DNA of 64,000 nucleotides, from the NCBI RefSeq assembly GCF_002733955.1, contig NZ_NVXQ01000010.1:4163-68162 (forward strand). The letters are read 5' to 3'. The DNA is from Hoeflea sp. Its GTDB lineage: Bacteria; Pseudomonadota; Alphaproteobacteria; Rhizobiales; Rhizobiaceae. Positions 18,003 to 26,128 of the stretch are shown one piece after another. The notes beneath the pieces were generated by a model. It was not told where the DNA came from. It worked only from the letters and a program-made list of their open reading frames with translations, and searched no databases. The position numbers and the translations under genes were made by a program. Each line of letters begins with the position of its first letter. The first letter of the stretch is position 1.

Positions 18003-18671
18003 TCAGATCACTATCAGCCGGGCTCCGCTGGTGACCCGGCCATAGAGATCAACAACATCCTGATTGATCATGCGCACACACCCGCTCGACACAGATTTAC
18101 CTATTGTCCAGTATTCCGGCGATCCATGGATGCGATAGAGCGTGTCCACACCGTCCTGGAAGATGTAGAGGGCTCGCGCGCCGAGCGGATTGTTTAGCCC
18201 GGGCGGCATGCCGCCATTGCTGGCGCTCCATTTTGCCAACTCAGGTTGTCGCGCGATCATTTCTTCGGGCGGAGTCCATTTCGGCCAAGCCTGCTTCCAT
18301 TGGATCACGCCTTCACCCGACCACTCGAAACCCTGCCGGCCAAGGCCAACGCCATAACGCATGGCTTTTCCATTCTCCTGGATCAGATGAAGAAAATATG
18401 TCTTTGTGTTGACGATTACCGTTCCAACCGGATACGGGCTGGTCAAATCCACCTGCCGCCTCCAGAATTTTGATGGCACCTTGTCTATGTCTATCGCAGG
18501 CAAGGGGAACTGTTCGCCGGGCATCGGCCCGTACATTGCTCGTACATTGCTCAACTTTGGATTTGGCGAAGGTTTCTCGTCCAGCTGACCGGTCTGAGTT
18601 GCGGTTGTGCATCCGGACAAGGCCAGCACTGAAGAGCCCGCTGCTCCAACAATGAATTGACGCCGGTTCAT
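18003..18671 (-). CDS. L,D-transpeptidase (YkuD domain)
   Basis: Lipoprotein signal (LALSGC). YRIHGSPEYWTIGKSVSSGCVRMINQDVVDLY is the canonical HG...SxGC(I/V)RM motif. Confidence 0.85.
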   Translation of the reverse strand: MNRRQFIVGAAGSSVLALSGCTTATQTGQLDEKPSPNPKLSNVRAMYGPMPGEQFPLPAIDIDKVPSKFWRRQVDLTSPYPVGTVIVNTKTYFLHLIQENGKAMRYGVGLGRQGFEWSGEGVIQWKQAWPKWTPPEEMIARQPELAKWSASNGGMPPGLNNPLGARALYIFQDGVDTLYRIHGSPEYWTIGKSVSSGCVRMINQDVVDLYGRVTSGARLIVI

Positions 18672-18797
18672 GTGTTTTCATCTTTCACGAATGTGTGCAT
18701 GGTTGACTCGCTTAATAACGTCATCGGGGAAACGAGCCGCAGAATCAGAGATGATTTGCGGCTCGCAACTATTTAGATTCGAAGAATGGCGTTTCTT

Positions 18798-19358
18798 CTA
18801 CAGCACCACAACCTGGGCGCCGACCGGCACCCGCTCAAAGAGATCTTCGACATGTTCGTTGATCATGCGAATGCAGCCATTCGAGACAGAACGCCCGATT
18901 GAAGATGGTTCTGTAGTACCATGGATGCGGTAGAGCGTGTCACGCCCATCTCGATATAAGTAGAGGGCTCGCGAGCCTAGCGGGTTGTTTGGCCCACCGG
19001 GCACACCCTTGGCAAAGCGCGCGTACTTCTTCGGGTTGCGCCTGATCATGTTTGCCGTAGGAGTCCATGACGGCCACTTGGCCTTTCGACCAACCTTTGC
19101 TTGTCCGCGGAAAGCGAGACCTGCGCGACCCACTCCGACCCCGTAGCGGCGTGCCTTTCCAGCACCCATCTGCAAATAGAGAAAATGGTTGCTGGGGTCG
19201 ACAACTATAGTTCCGGGCTCGTAACCGCTAAAGCGCACGGTTTGCGGCTCGAATTTCTCGTCCAGTTTATACTTTTCGTCATGGGCGTAGGCGGGAAGCC
19301 CACAGGAGGTGGCAAGGCCAGCGCCAAGGCCAAACAGCAGTCCTCTTCTCGAAATCAT
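18798..19358 (-). CDS. L,D-transpeptidase (YkuD domain)
   Basis: YRIHGTTEPSSIGRSVSNGCIRMINEHVEDLF. Confidence 0.85.
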   Translation of the reverse strand: MISRRGLLFGLGAGLATSCGLPAYAHDEKYKLDEKFEPQTVRFSGYEPGTIVVDPSNHFLYLQMGAGKARRYGVGVGRAGLAFRGQAKVGRKAKWPSWTPTANMIRRNPKKYARFAKGVPGGPNNPLGSRALYLYRDGRDTLYRIHGTTEPSSIGRSVSNGCIRMINEHVEDLFERVPVGAQVVVL

Positions 19359-19414
19359 GTTTCACACTCACGTCGTTGAATTTTCCGATTGGCGCAAAAT
19401 GCGCATTTGGCTAT

Positions 19415-19759
19415 TCAAGCGTGAGCGTCTGGTGGCCGCGGGACCACGTATCCGATATTGAAGAGAAGCAAGACTTTGAAGCTAGCATCATGCTCCTGCA
19501 CCTCGTTCATACTCGCTGAAACAGTCGAGACAGCAAATACTGCAAAGTGCATCTGACAGTGCACGGAAACTTTGCTTCCGCTTTTCTCGCCCAGCGGGAT
19601 TTCGTCTGAACCAAGTGCAAGTCCACTGGCCATTTCATCGCATTCGACGGCTTCACCAAAGCTTTGGCACACAGGAACCAAATCCACCTCACTGGACGGA
19701 TGCGCCAGCGCCGGAAGCGCCAGCAGCAATGCTGAAATGAAGGTCAATACGCGTATCAT
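19415..19759 (-). CDS. Hypothetical secreted small protein
   Basis: 114-aa ORF with a clear signal peptide (MIRVLTFISALLLALPALA). Cys/His-containing (CQSFGEAVEC, HCQMH). No family recognised. Confidence 0.35.
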   Translation of the reverse strand: MIRVLTFISALLLALPALAHPSSEVDLVPVCQSFGEAVECDEMASGLALGSDEIPLGEKSGSKVSVHCQMHFAVFAVSTVSASMNEVQEHDASFKVLLLFNIGYVVPRPPDAHA

Positions 19760-19856
19760 CTGACCCTTTTCGCCTCATTGATACAATTTGTCTACATGAA
19801 CCATGATTAAGTTTTCGTGAAGAATGACCCTGCGATCAGCAGCGAGCGAGACTGTG

Positions 19857-20453
19857 TCAAGTCGGTTGCTCCTCAACTTTCGGAACTGGGACAGCTATCT
19901 GGTTCATCCGCCACCATGCGAAAACCGTGAGGACGACCAAAGCGACAAGAAAAGCAATACTTGCAAAGCCCCAGCCTGTTTCCACGGCTTTTTCTACCTG
20001 CGCACCGAAAACGAAGCCCACCGAGACCAAGCAGGCGGTCCAAATCATGGCCGATCCTGCATTCAAAATCGTAAATCTGCCCCATGACATTGATCCGAGA
20101 CCGACGGGCAACGCGCCGATGGTCCGCATACCCTTGGGGTACCTGTAAAGAAAGATGTAGGCCCAACCGTACTTTGCAAGTAAAGCTCTTGCTACAACAC
20201 TCGCTCTTTGAGCAAATTGCCATCTGTTTAGCCAAGCATCTCCAAATCGTCTGGCAATGAAGAACCGTACTTCGTCACCCAGGTACCCGCCGGCAAAAGT
20301 CGCGACTAAGACAATATGCAAATCTAAAATTTGTGTTTGAGCCGCATAACCCGCGAACAAAGGCAGACTACCACTTTTCAACATGCAGTATACAAAAAGC
20401 AGGACGTAGATCCACAGACCGTACTCCCGTATCAGCTCCGATATACCGTCCAT
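19857..20453 (-). CDS. DedA/SNARE-associated family membrane protein
   Basis: LPLFAGYAAQ ... GGYLGDEVRFFIARRFG ... YRYPKGMRTIGALPVG is the DedA signature region. Confidence 0.8.
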   Translation of the reverse strand: MDGISELIREYGLWIYVLLFVYCMLKSGSLPLFAGYAAQTQILDLHIVLVATFAGGYLGDEVRFFIARRFGDAWLNRWQFAQRASVVARALLAKYGWAYIFLYRYPKGMRTIGALPVGLGSMSWGRFTILNAGSAMIWTACLVSVGFVFGAQVEKAVETGWGFASIAFLVALVVLTVFAWWRMNQIAVPVPKVEEQPT

Positions 20454-20617
20454 GTCACTTCACCCCCTCAATCTGCTCAGAACAAACAACCAACCCACTG
20501 TGTACGGGCTACACACTCCATCAGATTTGCCCTTCACATAGATCTGCCTGCTTAATGCACGGTGGTCGTGGACATGTAATCAAAGTCGGTTGCGCAGAAT
20601 GAACAGCTCCGAGTGTT

Positions 20618-20832
20618 CTAGATACCCTTGGACGTCATTTTATGCTGCTGCTCGAACGCGACGGACGACAGCATCCCATTCCTGACAGGCTTGCGTGTGG
20701 AGTTGTCGAGCACCTCGATGTAGTCGAACACATCCGGTCTGGCCTTAACGCGGGCCTTGTAAGTTCATCGTCTCGTCATCTCGTGTTTAAGCAAATTGAA
20801 AAAGCTCTCGGCAATGGCGTTATCATGAGAGT
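20618..20832 (-). pseudogene. IS3-family transposase (OrfB) C-terminal remnant with an internal stop
   Basis: Reverse translation gives DNAIAESFFNLLKHEMTRR*TYKARVKARPDVFDYIEVLDNSTRKPVRNGMLSSVAFEQQHKMTSKGI*. The DNAxAESFF...DYIEV block is typical of IS3 integrase-core C-termini. Confidence 0.6.
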
Positions 20833-20946
20833 TTCTCCATCAGTTCACCCCCTCTGGCGGCTGAATTGCGAAAGCACCATTGCGAGGGGAAATAAGAATG
20901 TGCAACGATCCGTGGTAAAAGATATCGGTAAGCCCGACATGCTCGA

Positions 20947-21456
20947 ATGAGGAAACCCATGAGATCAGCACTCTGTTTGATTACGGCAAGTCTATTTTTT
21001 TTTGTGGTCCCGTCGATTGCGGGTACCAGCATCTCGTTGAATGCCAGCAATGACCTCGTTGTCGAACATGCCGTGATCGTCCAGCCGACAATTGGTGTCC
21101 AGGAGACGACGGGATTTCTTACCATTTGGAACGGAACACGGGAACCAGTGAGACTCGCTTCGGTGGAGAGTGATGCCTTCGGCAAGATATCCATTCGCCG
21201 GACAGAGATGACAAAGGTGCAGGACATGCCTGACCCGGTTTACGGGAAGGTTCCCATACCGGGTCGTGCAGAGCTATTGATGAGACCAGACGGTGTATAT
21301 CTCACCTTGGGCGAACCTAAGAGAAACGTCGAGACGCTCACTGAAATAGACATGGTTCTGGTGTTTGACAGTGGGCGGCGTATAGCCGTTTCTGCAACAT
21401 GGATTCGAACAGACACGCAAATGGAAGACCACCATCACGGTCAAGGAGATGCATAG
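20947..21456 (+). CDS. PCu(A)C-like periplasmic protein lacking the canonical Cu ligands, with a His-rich C-terminus
   Basis: Signal peptide. It aligns by eye along the 4939-5421 PCuAC (GFLTIWNGTREPVRL vs AFYVTIRNTGATDDAL; LLMRPDGVYLTLG vs QLEPGGYHGMLMG), but the H/M ligands are replaced. Ends in EDHHHGQGDA. Confidence 0.45.
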   Translation: MRKPMRSALCLITASLFFFVVPSIAGTSISLNASNDLVVEHAVIVQPTIGVQETTGFLTIWNGTREPVRLASVESDAFGKISIRRTEMTKVQDMPDPVYGKVPIPGRAELLMRPDGVYLTLGEPKRNVETLTEIDMVLVFDSGRRIAVSATWIRTDTQMEDHHHGQGDA

Positions 21457-21988
21457 CGCGAACCTTGAACCAGTCGTACTCAAAAACGCAACGGGTTGCT
21501 GTAGATTCTGGGCGGCCTCGACTTACCCAGGTGGGCTAAACAACTCGCAGATTTCTAGATATTCTGGTACTGCGGACCCCAAAACACGAACTGGATTAAA
21601 CCCGGCTACGGGGCGATGGTTCGATGTAAAACCTTGTGACCCAATTAACAGAATTATCTATGTGGCCAACACCGTGGACGCGGGAGCCGTTTTTGCCGCC
21701 TGTAGTAGTGTCTATTCCACAGCGTCGGTTATGCGAATGTAGCGGTAGAAGACACAGAACTCCGAAATTAGACCTTTGGCGTATCACCACCTGGTTTTGA
21801 AGCGACAACTCTTCTGGAGGCTCCGCTGCAGCAGCTACTGGGGACGATTCGCATCTTTTTGAATTCCGATGCGATGGAACAAATCCGCGCCCTATGAGTT
21901 TGCCGCCCAAGGACGCCTCAGTGTGCTATGCGCGCGAAGCGGGTGCGCGGGACGGAGCAAATGCGAAGGGCAGCATTGTGAAGGAGCG

Positions 21989-22804
21989 GTGGTGAACAAC
22001 CTATGGCTGATAACTGGCCTCGCGCTCCTACCGGGGCTCGGCAATTTTGCTGGCGCAATGGTCGCTGAGTTCGTCCGAACATCGCCACGACTTCTGAATT
22101 TGGCGCTCCATGCGTCGTCGGGCATCGTCATTGGCGTGGTAGCGATCGAGCTGATGCCCGAAGCACTCGACAATCTTGCCGGCTGGTGGATCGCCGTCGC
22201 CTTCGCGGCAGGCGGAGCGATCTATATCGGCACCGAAACGCTGATCGTGAAGATAAAGCCGTCGCGGGAGAGCGGCGGAAGCACTGAAATGTGGATGATT
22301 TATGTTGCGGTAGCTGTCGACCTCTCCGGTGATGGCTTGATGATAGGCTCCGGCACTGCGGTCGGTGCCTCGCTTGCCGTTGTGTTGGCCGCGGGGCAGG
22401 TACTGGCCGACTTTCCGGAGGGATACTCGGTCGTGGCAAACCTCAAAGAGAACGGCGTGTCGCGCAAGCGGCGGATCGCGGTCTCGTTGTCATTCCCTCT
22501 CTATTGCCTCGGGACGGCTTTGCTTGCATGGTTCCTGCTGCGAAGCGCGCCGGATGCAGCGAAATACGCCGCGCTGAGCTTCGTCGCCGGGCTCCTGTCG
22601 GTCGCAGCTGTCGAGGACATGCTCGAGGAGGCACACGAGGCCGCGAGCGACAACCGCCTCTCGGCACTGGCCTTCGTCGGCGGATTCGTTCTCTTTACCT
22701 TGGTTTCCGCCGGTCTGGAGACAGTTATGGCCAGCGGTGGCGGATCGACCGGCCAGAGCAGTTCAGTGATCGAGCAAAGCGGGACGTATGCAAATGCCCA
22801 ATGA
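21989..22804 (+). CDS. ZIP-family (ZupT-like) divalent metal transporter
   Basis: GTG at 21989/21992 follows the RBS gaaggag. LGNFAGAMVAEF ... HASSGIVIGVVAIELMPEA ... ADFPEGYSV are typical ZIP motifs. The exact start is uncertain. Confidence 0.7.
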   Translation: MVNNLWLITGLALLPGLGNFAGAMVAEFVRTSPRLLNLALHASSGIVIGVVAIELMPEALDNLAGWWIAVAFAAGGAIYIGTETLIVKIKPSRESGGSTEMWMIYVAVAVDLSGDGLMIGSGTAVGASLAVVLAAGQVLADFPEGYSVVANLKENGVSRKRRIAVSLSFPLYCLGTALLAWFLLRSAPDAAKYAALSFVAGLLSVAAVEDMLEEAHEAASDNRLSALAFVGGFVLFTLVSAGLETVMASGGGSTGQSSSVIEQSGTYANAQ

Positions 22805-23753
22805 CCACACCCACATCAACCCAGAATCAGGCGATCGCCGGGTTTCCATTGCAATATGGGCGAACGGAATTCTCACTGTCGCGCAGATAGCCGGGGGAAT
22901 TCTTTCCGGCAGCCTTGCTCTGATCGCTGATGCGCTGCACAACTTCTCCGACATGGCCTCGTTGGTCATTGCCTTTGCCGCGCGCAAGATTTCGCGGCGC
23001 CCCCCGGACGAGCGCATGACATTCGGCTATGGTCGCATCGAGATTGTCGCGGCGCTGATAAACTACACCACGCTTATTCTTGTCGGCTTCTACCTGATCT
23101 ATGAGGGCGGAATGCGGATGATCGACCCGCCCCAGGTCCAGGGCTGGACGGTCGTCATCCTGGGGGGGGTCGCACTCGCGGTCGACACGCTGACTGCGAT
23201 GCTCACTTATTCGATGCAGAAGGGCAGCGTGAACATCCGCGCGCTGTTCCTGCACAACCTTTCGGATGCGCTGGCATCCGTCGCCGTCATCATCGGTGGC
23301 ACACTCATCATTCTCTATGACATGCGCTGGGTCGACCCGGCGATCACCATCGGTATCGCGCTCTACATCCTCTATTTGGCCTTCACCGAGATCGGCAATC
23401 CGGTCCGGACACTGATGCTGGGCAGCCCGCCGGAGATCGACGGCGGCGATGTCGTCCAAACCGTGCGCGAAGTCGACGGCGTGGAAGATGTGCATCATGT
23501 GCATCTCTGGCAAATGCAGGAGCATGAGGCGGCACTCGACTGCCACGTAGTCGTCGCCGCGGACGGGTGGTCGCGGATCGAGGATATCAAGAACGAGATC
23601 AAGGACAGGCTGAACGATCGGTTCGGCATCGCGCATTCCACCCTTGAATTCGAGCATGAGAACCGAGCGCACGAAAATGCTGACCTCTATGGTCACGGCA
23701 ATCCCGAAGAACAGGAGGAAGACCATGTTCACCGAGACCCGGACAAATCGTGA
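22788..23753 (+). CDS. Cation diffusion facilitator (CzcD/ZitB-like) efflux transporter
   Basis: SLALIADALHNFSDM ... FLHNLSDALASVAV (HxxxD/HxxxD sites). His-rich C-terminus. Overlaps the ZIP gene by 17 nt. Confidence 0.9.
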   Translation: MQMPNDHTHINPESGDRRVSIAIWANGILTVAQIAGGILSGSLALIADALHNFSDMASLVIAFAARKISRRPPDERMTFGYGRIEIVAALINYTTLILVGFYLIYEGGMRMIDPPQVQGWTVVILGGVALAVDTLTAMLTYSMQKGSVNIRALFLHNLSDALASVAVIIGGTLIILYDMRWVDPAITIGIALYILYLAFTEIGNPVRTLMLGSPPEIDGGDVVQTVREVDGVEDVHHVHLWQMQEHEAALDCHVVVAADGWSRIEDIKNEIKDRLNDRFGIAHSTLEFEHENRAHENADLYGHGNPEEQEEDHVHRDPDKS

Positions 23754-24087
23754 CGACGTCATCGGAATCGCCTGCGAGGGCAAGCTCAGCGAAAGCGATC
23801 TCGAGCGGATGCACGCGTTGCTGCATGAGCGACTTGCATCTGTAGAAGAGCCCGGCCTCGTGGTCGATTTGACGAAGTTCGAAGGGTACACGGGCCTCGC
23901 TTCAATGCGAGAAGACTTCAAGATGGACACCGCCCATCGAAACGATTTCTCCCGCATCGCCGTCGTCGGCGACGCGGCGTGGCAGCACTGGGGAACCACC
24001 TTCGCTAAGGCCTTGACCCATGCCGAGATGCGCTGGTTCGACGCAAGCGCGCTGGACGCGGCTGCGGAATGGGCAGGCGGGGTGTGA
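23725..24087 (+). CDS. SpoIIAA-like/STAS (DUF3478-type) small protein
   Basis: ATG at 23725 follows the RBS aggagga. 120 aa resembling the SpoIIAA-like family by recollection. Overlaps the CDF 3' end by 29 nt. Confidence 0.4.
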   Translation: MFTETRTNRDDVIGIACEGKLSESDLERMHALLHERLASVEEPGLVVDLTKFEGYTGLASMREDFKMDTAHRNDFSRIAVVGDAAWQHWGTTFAKALTHAEMRWFDASALDAAAEWAGGV

Positions 24088-24200
24088 CTGGACCGCCACC
24101 CTCCTGCCGTGCCCACGACTTCCGTGAGCGCGCAGGTCGGCTTCCAACCCGTCTCCTGTCCAGGGCAGTCGCAGCCTTTCGACTCTCCTCACGCGGACAT

Positions 24201-25136
24201 ATGCCAGGAGCGTGGCCCACTGTCATTTTCTGCGTTGCGGCGATCGTCGCCTCGAGCGCTCGCTCCCATACCGAGGGTACACCGATATCGCCACACGACT
24301 TCTGGACCGCATGGTCGCTGCAGCCGAGCGTCGTGGTGCCCATCGCGATCGCGGCGTTGCTCTACGGACGTGGTCTGCGCCTCGCCTGGAGCCGCGCCGG
24401 AATCGGCCGCGGCACGGCGGCGTGGCGGGCGGGGCTTTTTTCTTTCGGGATGATCGCACTCTGGGCGGGCCTCGTCTGGCCGCTCGACGCCATCGGCGAA
24501 AGCCTCTTCTCCGCCCACATGGCGCAGCACATCGTGCTGATGGGGATGGCCGCCCCGCTCCTCGTGCTGGGTCTTCCGATTCCGACGATGATCCGGGCCC
24601 TGCCGCGAGACTGGCAGCGCGGGCTGGCGCACGCTGTCCGCTGGGAGCCATGGCGCAGGTTCTGGGGATTCATCGCCCGCATTGACGTCGCAACCGTTCT
24701 GCAACTGCTCGTATTCACTTTGTGGCACATTCCGGCGGCGATCGCGCTGTCGCTCGAAAATGATTTCGTGCACTCGCTGATGCACGGCTCGATCCTTGCC
24801 GCAGGGCTCGTGTTCTGGACAGCCATCCTGCGCATGCGAAGCGACGAGTTCGGATTGGCGATCCTGGCTCTCTTTGTGAACTTCAAGTTCTCGCTCATCC
24901 TGGGTGCGCTGCTCGCCTTCTCCTCACGTGTCTTTTACGAAAGCTACCTGGATCGCGGCCTCCCTTGGGGCGTCACGCTTTTGGAGGATCAGCAACTCGC
25001 GGGCATCCTGATGATGGTTGTCCAGTCAATGATGTATCTGCTGGCCTTGGTCATCCGGGTAGCTCTTCTGCTGCGCTCGCCGGACAGCCGCGTCGCCACC
25101 ACATTGACACCGCAACCCGGGGGCCTCGCCCGATGA
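24201..25136 (+). CDS. Cytochrome c oxidase assembly protein (Caa3_CtaG family membrane protein)
   Basis: Multi-TM protein with LFSAHMAQHIVLMGMAAPLL and FVHSLMHGSIL blocks typical of the caa3 CtaG family. Its stop overlaps the coxII start (ATGA). Confidence 0.65.
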   Translation: MPGAWPTVIFCVAAIVASSARSHTEGTPISPHDFWTAWSLQPSVVVPIAIAALLYGRGLRLAWSRAGIGRGTAAWRAGLFSFGMIALWAGLVWPLDAIGESLFSAHMAQHIVLMGMAAPLLVLGLPIPTMIRALPRDWQRGLAHAVRWEPWRRFWGFIARIDVATVLQLLVFTLWHIPAAIALSLENDFVHSLMHGSILAAGLVFWTAILRMRSDEFGLAILALFVNFKFSLILGALLAFSSRVFYESYLDRGLPWGVTLLEDQQLAGILMMVVQSMMYLLALVIRVALLLRSPDSRVATTLTPQPGGLAR

Positions 25137-26128
25137 CGAGATCCGGGGTCCTCGCGGCGGCGCTGGCGAGCGCCGCCCTCACCGGCTGCCAGGGCGCGCA
25201 GTCCGCCTTCGATCCGGCGGGAGTCGAGGCGGAGCGCGTGCTCACCTTGTTCTGGATCATGCTGGCCGGCGGCGCCGCCATCTGGATCGTCGTGATCGGC
25301 ATCAGCTACTATGCCGTCAAGGGCAAGTCCGGGCCCTATTCGGACCGATCCGGCATTCGGCTGATCGTCTGGGGCGGCTGCGTCTTTCCGGTCGTGGTTC
25401 TGGCGGGGCTGCTCTGGTGGGGTCTGACGATGATGCAGGAACTGCGGCGCGCAGCGGACGGACCCACCATCGCCGTCTCCGCTGAACGGTTCTGGTGGCG
25501 GGTGGCCTATGCCGTCGATGGCGAGCCCGGCGTCATCCGCAACCTGCCGCGCGGCGGCGTCCCGAGCGCGAACGAGATCTGGATCCCGCTCGGCAAGCGC
25601 ACCGAGATCCTGTTGAGCAGCCCCGACGTCATCCACTCCTTCTGGGTGCCGCCGCTCGCTGGGAAGATAGACGCCATACCCGGCCGGGTGAACCGTCTGG
25701 TGCTGGAGCCCACCAGTCCCGGCGTCTTCAACGGCGCCTGCGCCGAGTACTGCGGTACGGCCCACACCTATATGGGATTCCGCGTCGTCGTTGTGCCCCA
25801 AGCGGAGTTCGAAGCCTACGTCGCGTCGCAGGCGCTCCCCGCCGCAGTGGTTGACGGTCCCGGTGCCGGATTGTTCCTGCAGAACGGCTGCGCCGCCTGC
25901 CACACCGTGCGCGGCACCCCCGCGGACGGTGCCGTCGGACCCGACCTGACCCATGTGGCGAGCCGGCGCACAATTGCTGCGGGCGTGCTTCCGACAACCG
26001 TGGAAAATTTCGCGGCGTTCATCCGTTCGACCGAGCACCTCAAGCCGGGCGTGGAGATGCCGGGTTTCGGGATGCTCCCCGACGAGGAGATCACCGCAAT
26101 CGCAAAATGGCTGGGGACGCTAGAATGA
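25133..26128 (+). CDS. ctaC: Cytochrome c oxidase subunit II fused to a C-terminal cytochrome c domain (caa3-type)
   Basis: CuA site HSFWVP...CAEYCGTAHTYM. C-terminal CXXCH (CAACHTV). Lipoprotein-like signal (LTGC). Confidence 0.85.
   Translation: MTRSGVLAAALASAALTGCQGAQSAFDPAGVEAERVLTLFWIMLAGGAAIWIVVIGISYYAVKGKSGPYSDRSGIRLIVWGGCVFPVVVLAGLLWWGLTMMQELRRAADGPTIAVSAERFWWRVAYAVDGEPGVIRNLPRGGVPSANEIWIPLGKRTEILLSSPDVIHSFWVPPLAGKIDAIPGRVNRLVLEPTSPGVFNGACAEYCGTAHTYMGFRVVVVPQAEFEAYVASQALPAAVVDGPGAGLFLQNGCAACHTVRGTPADGAVGPDLTHVASRRTIAAGVLPTTVENFAAFIRSTEHLKPGVEMPGFGMLPDEEITAIAKWLGTLE

Noticed and set aside
21449-21910. 97-aa (plus) and 104-aa (minus) ORFs in the gap upstream of the ZIP gene
   Set aside because: They overlap each other on opposite strands, lack an RBS and have no recognisable family. 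The region is left unannotated.
22827-24116. 429-aa minus-strand ORF across the CDF and STAS-like genes
   Set aside because: It is antisense to a CDF gene with intact signature motifs and has non-protein-like composition.
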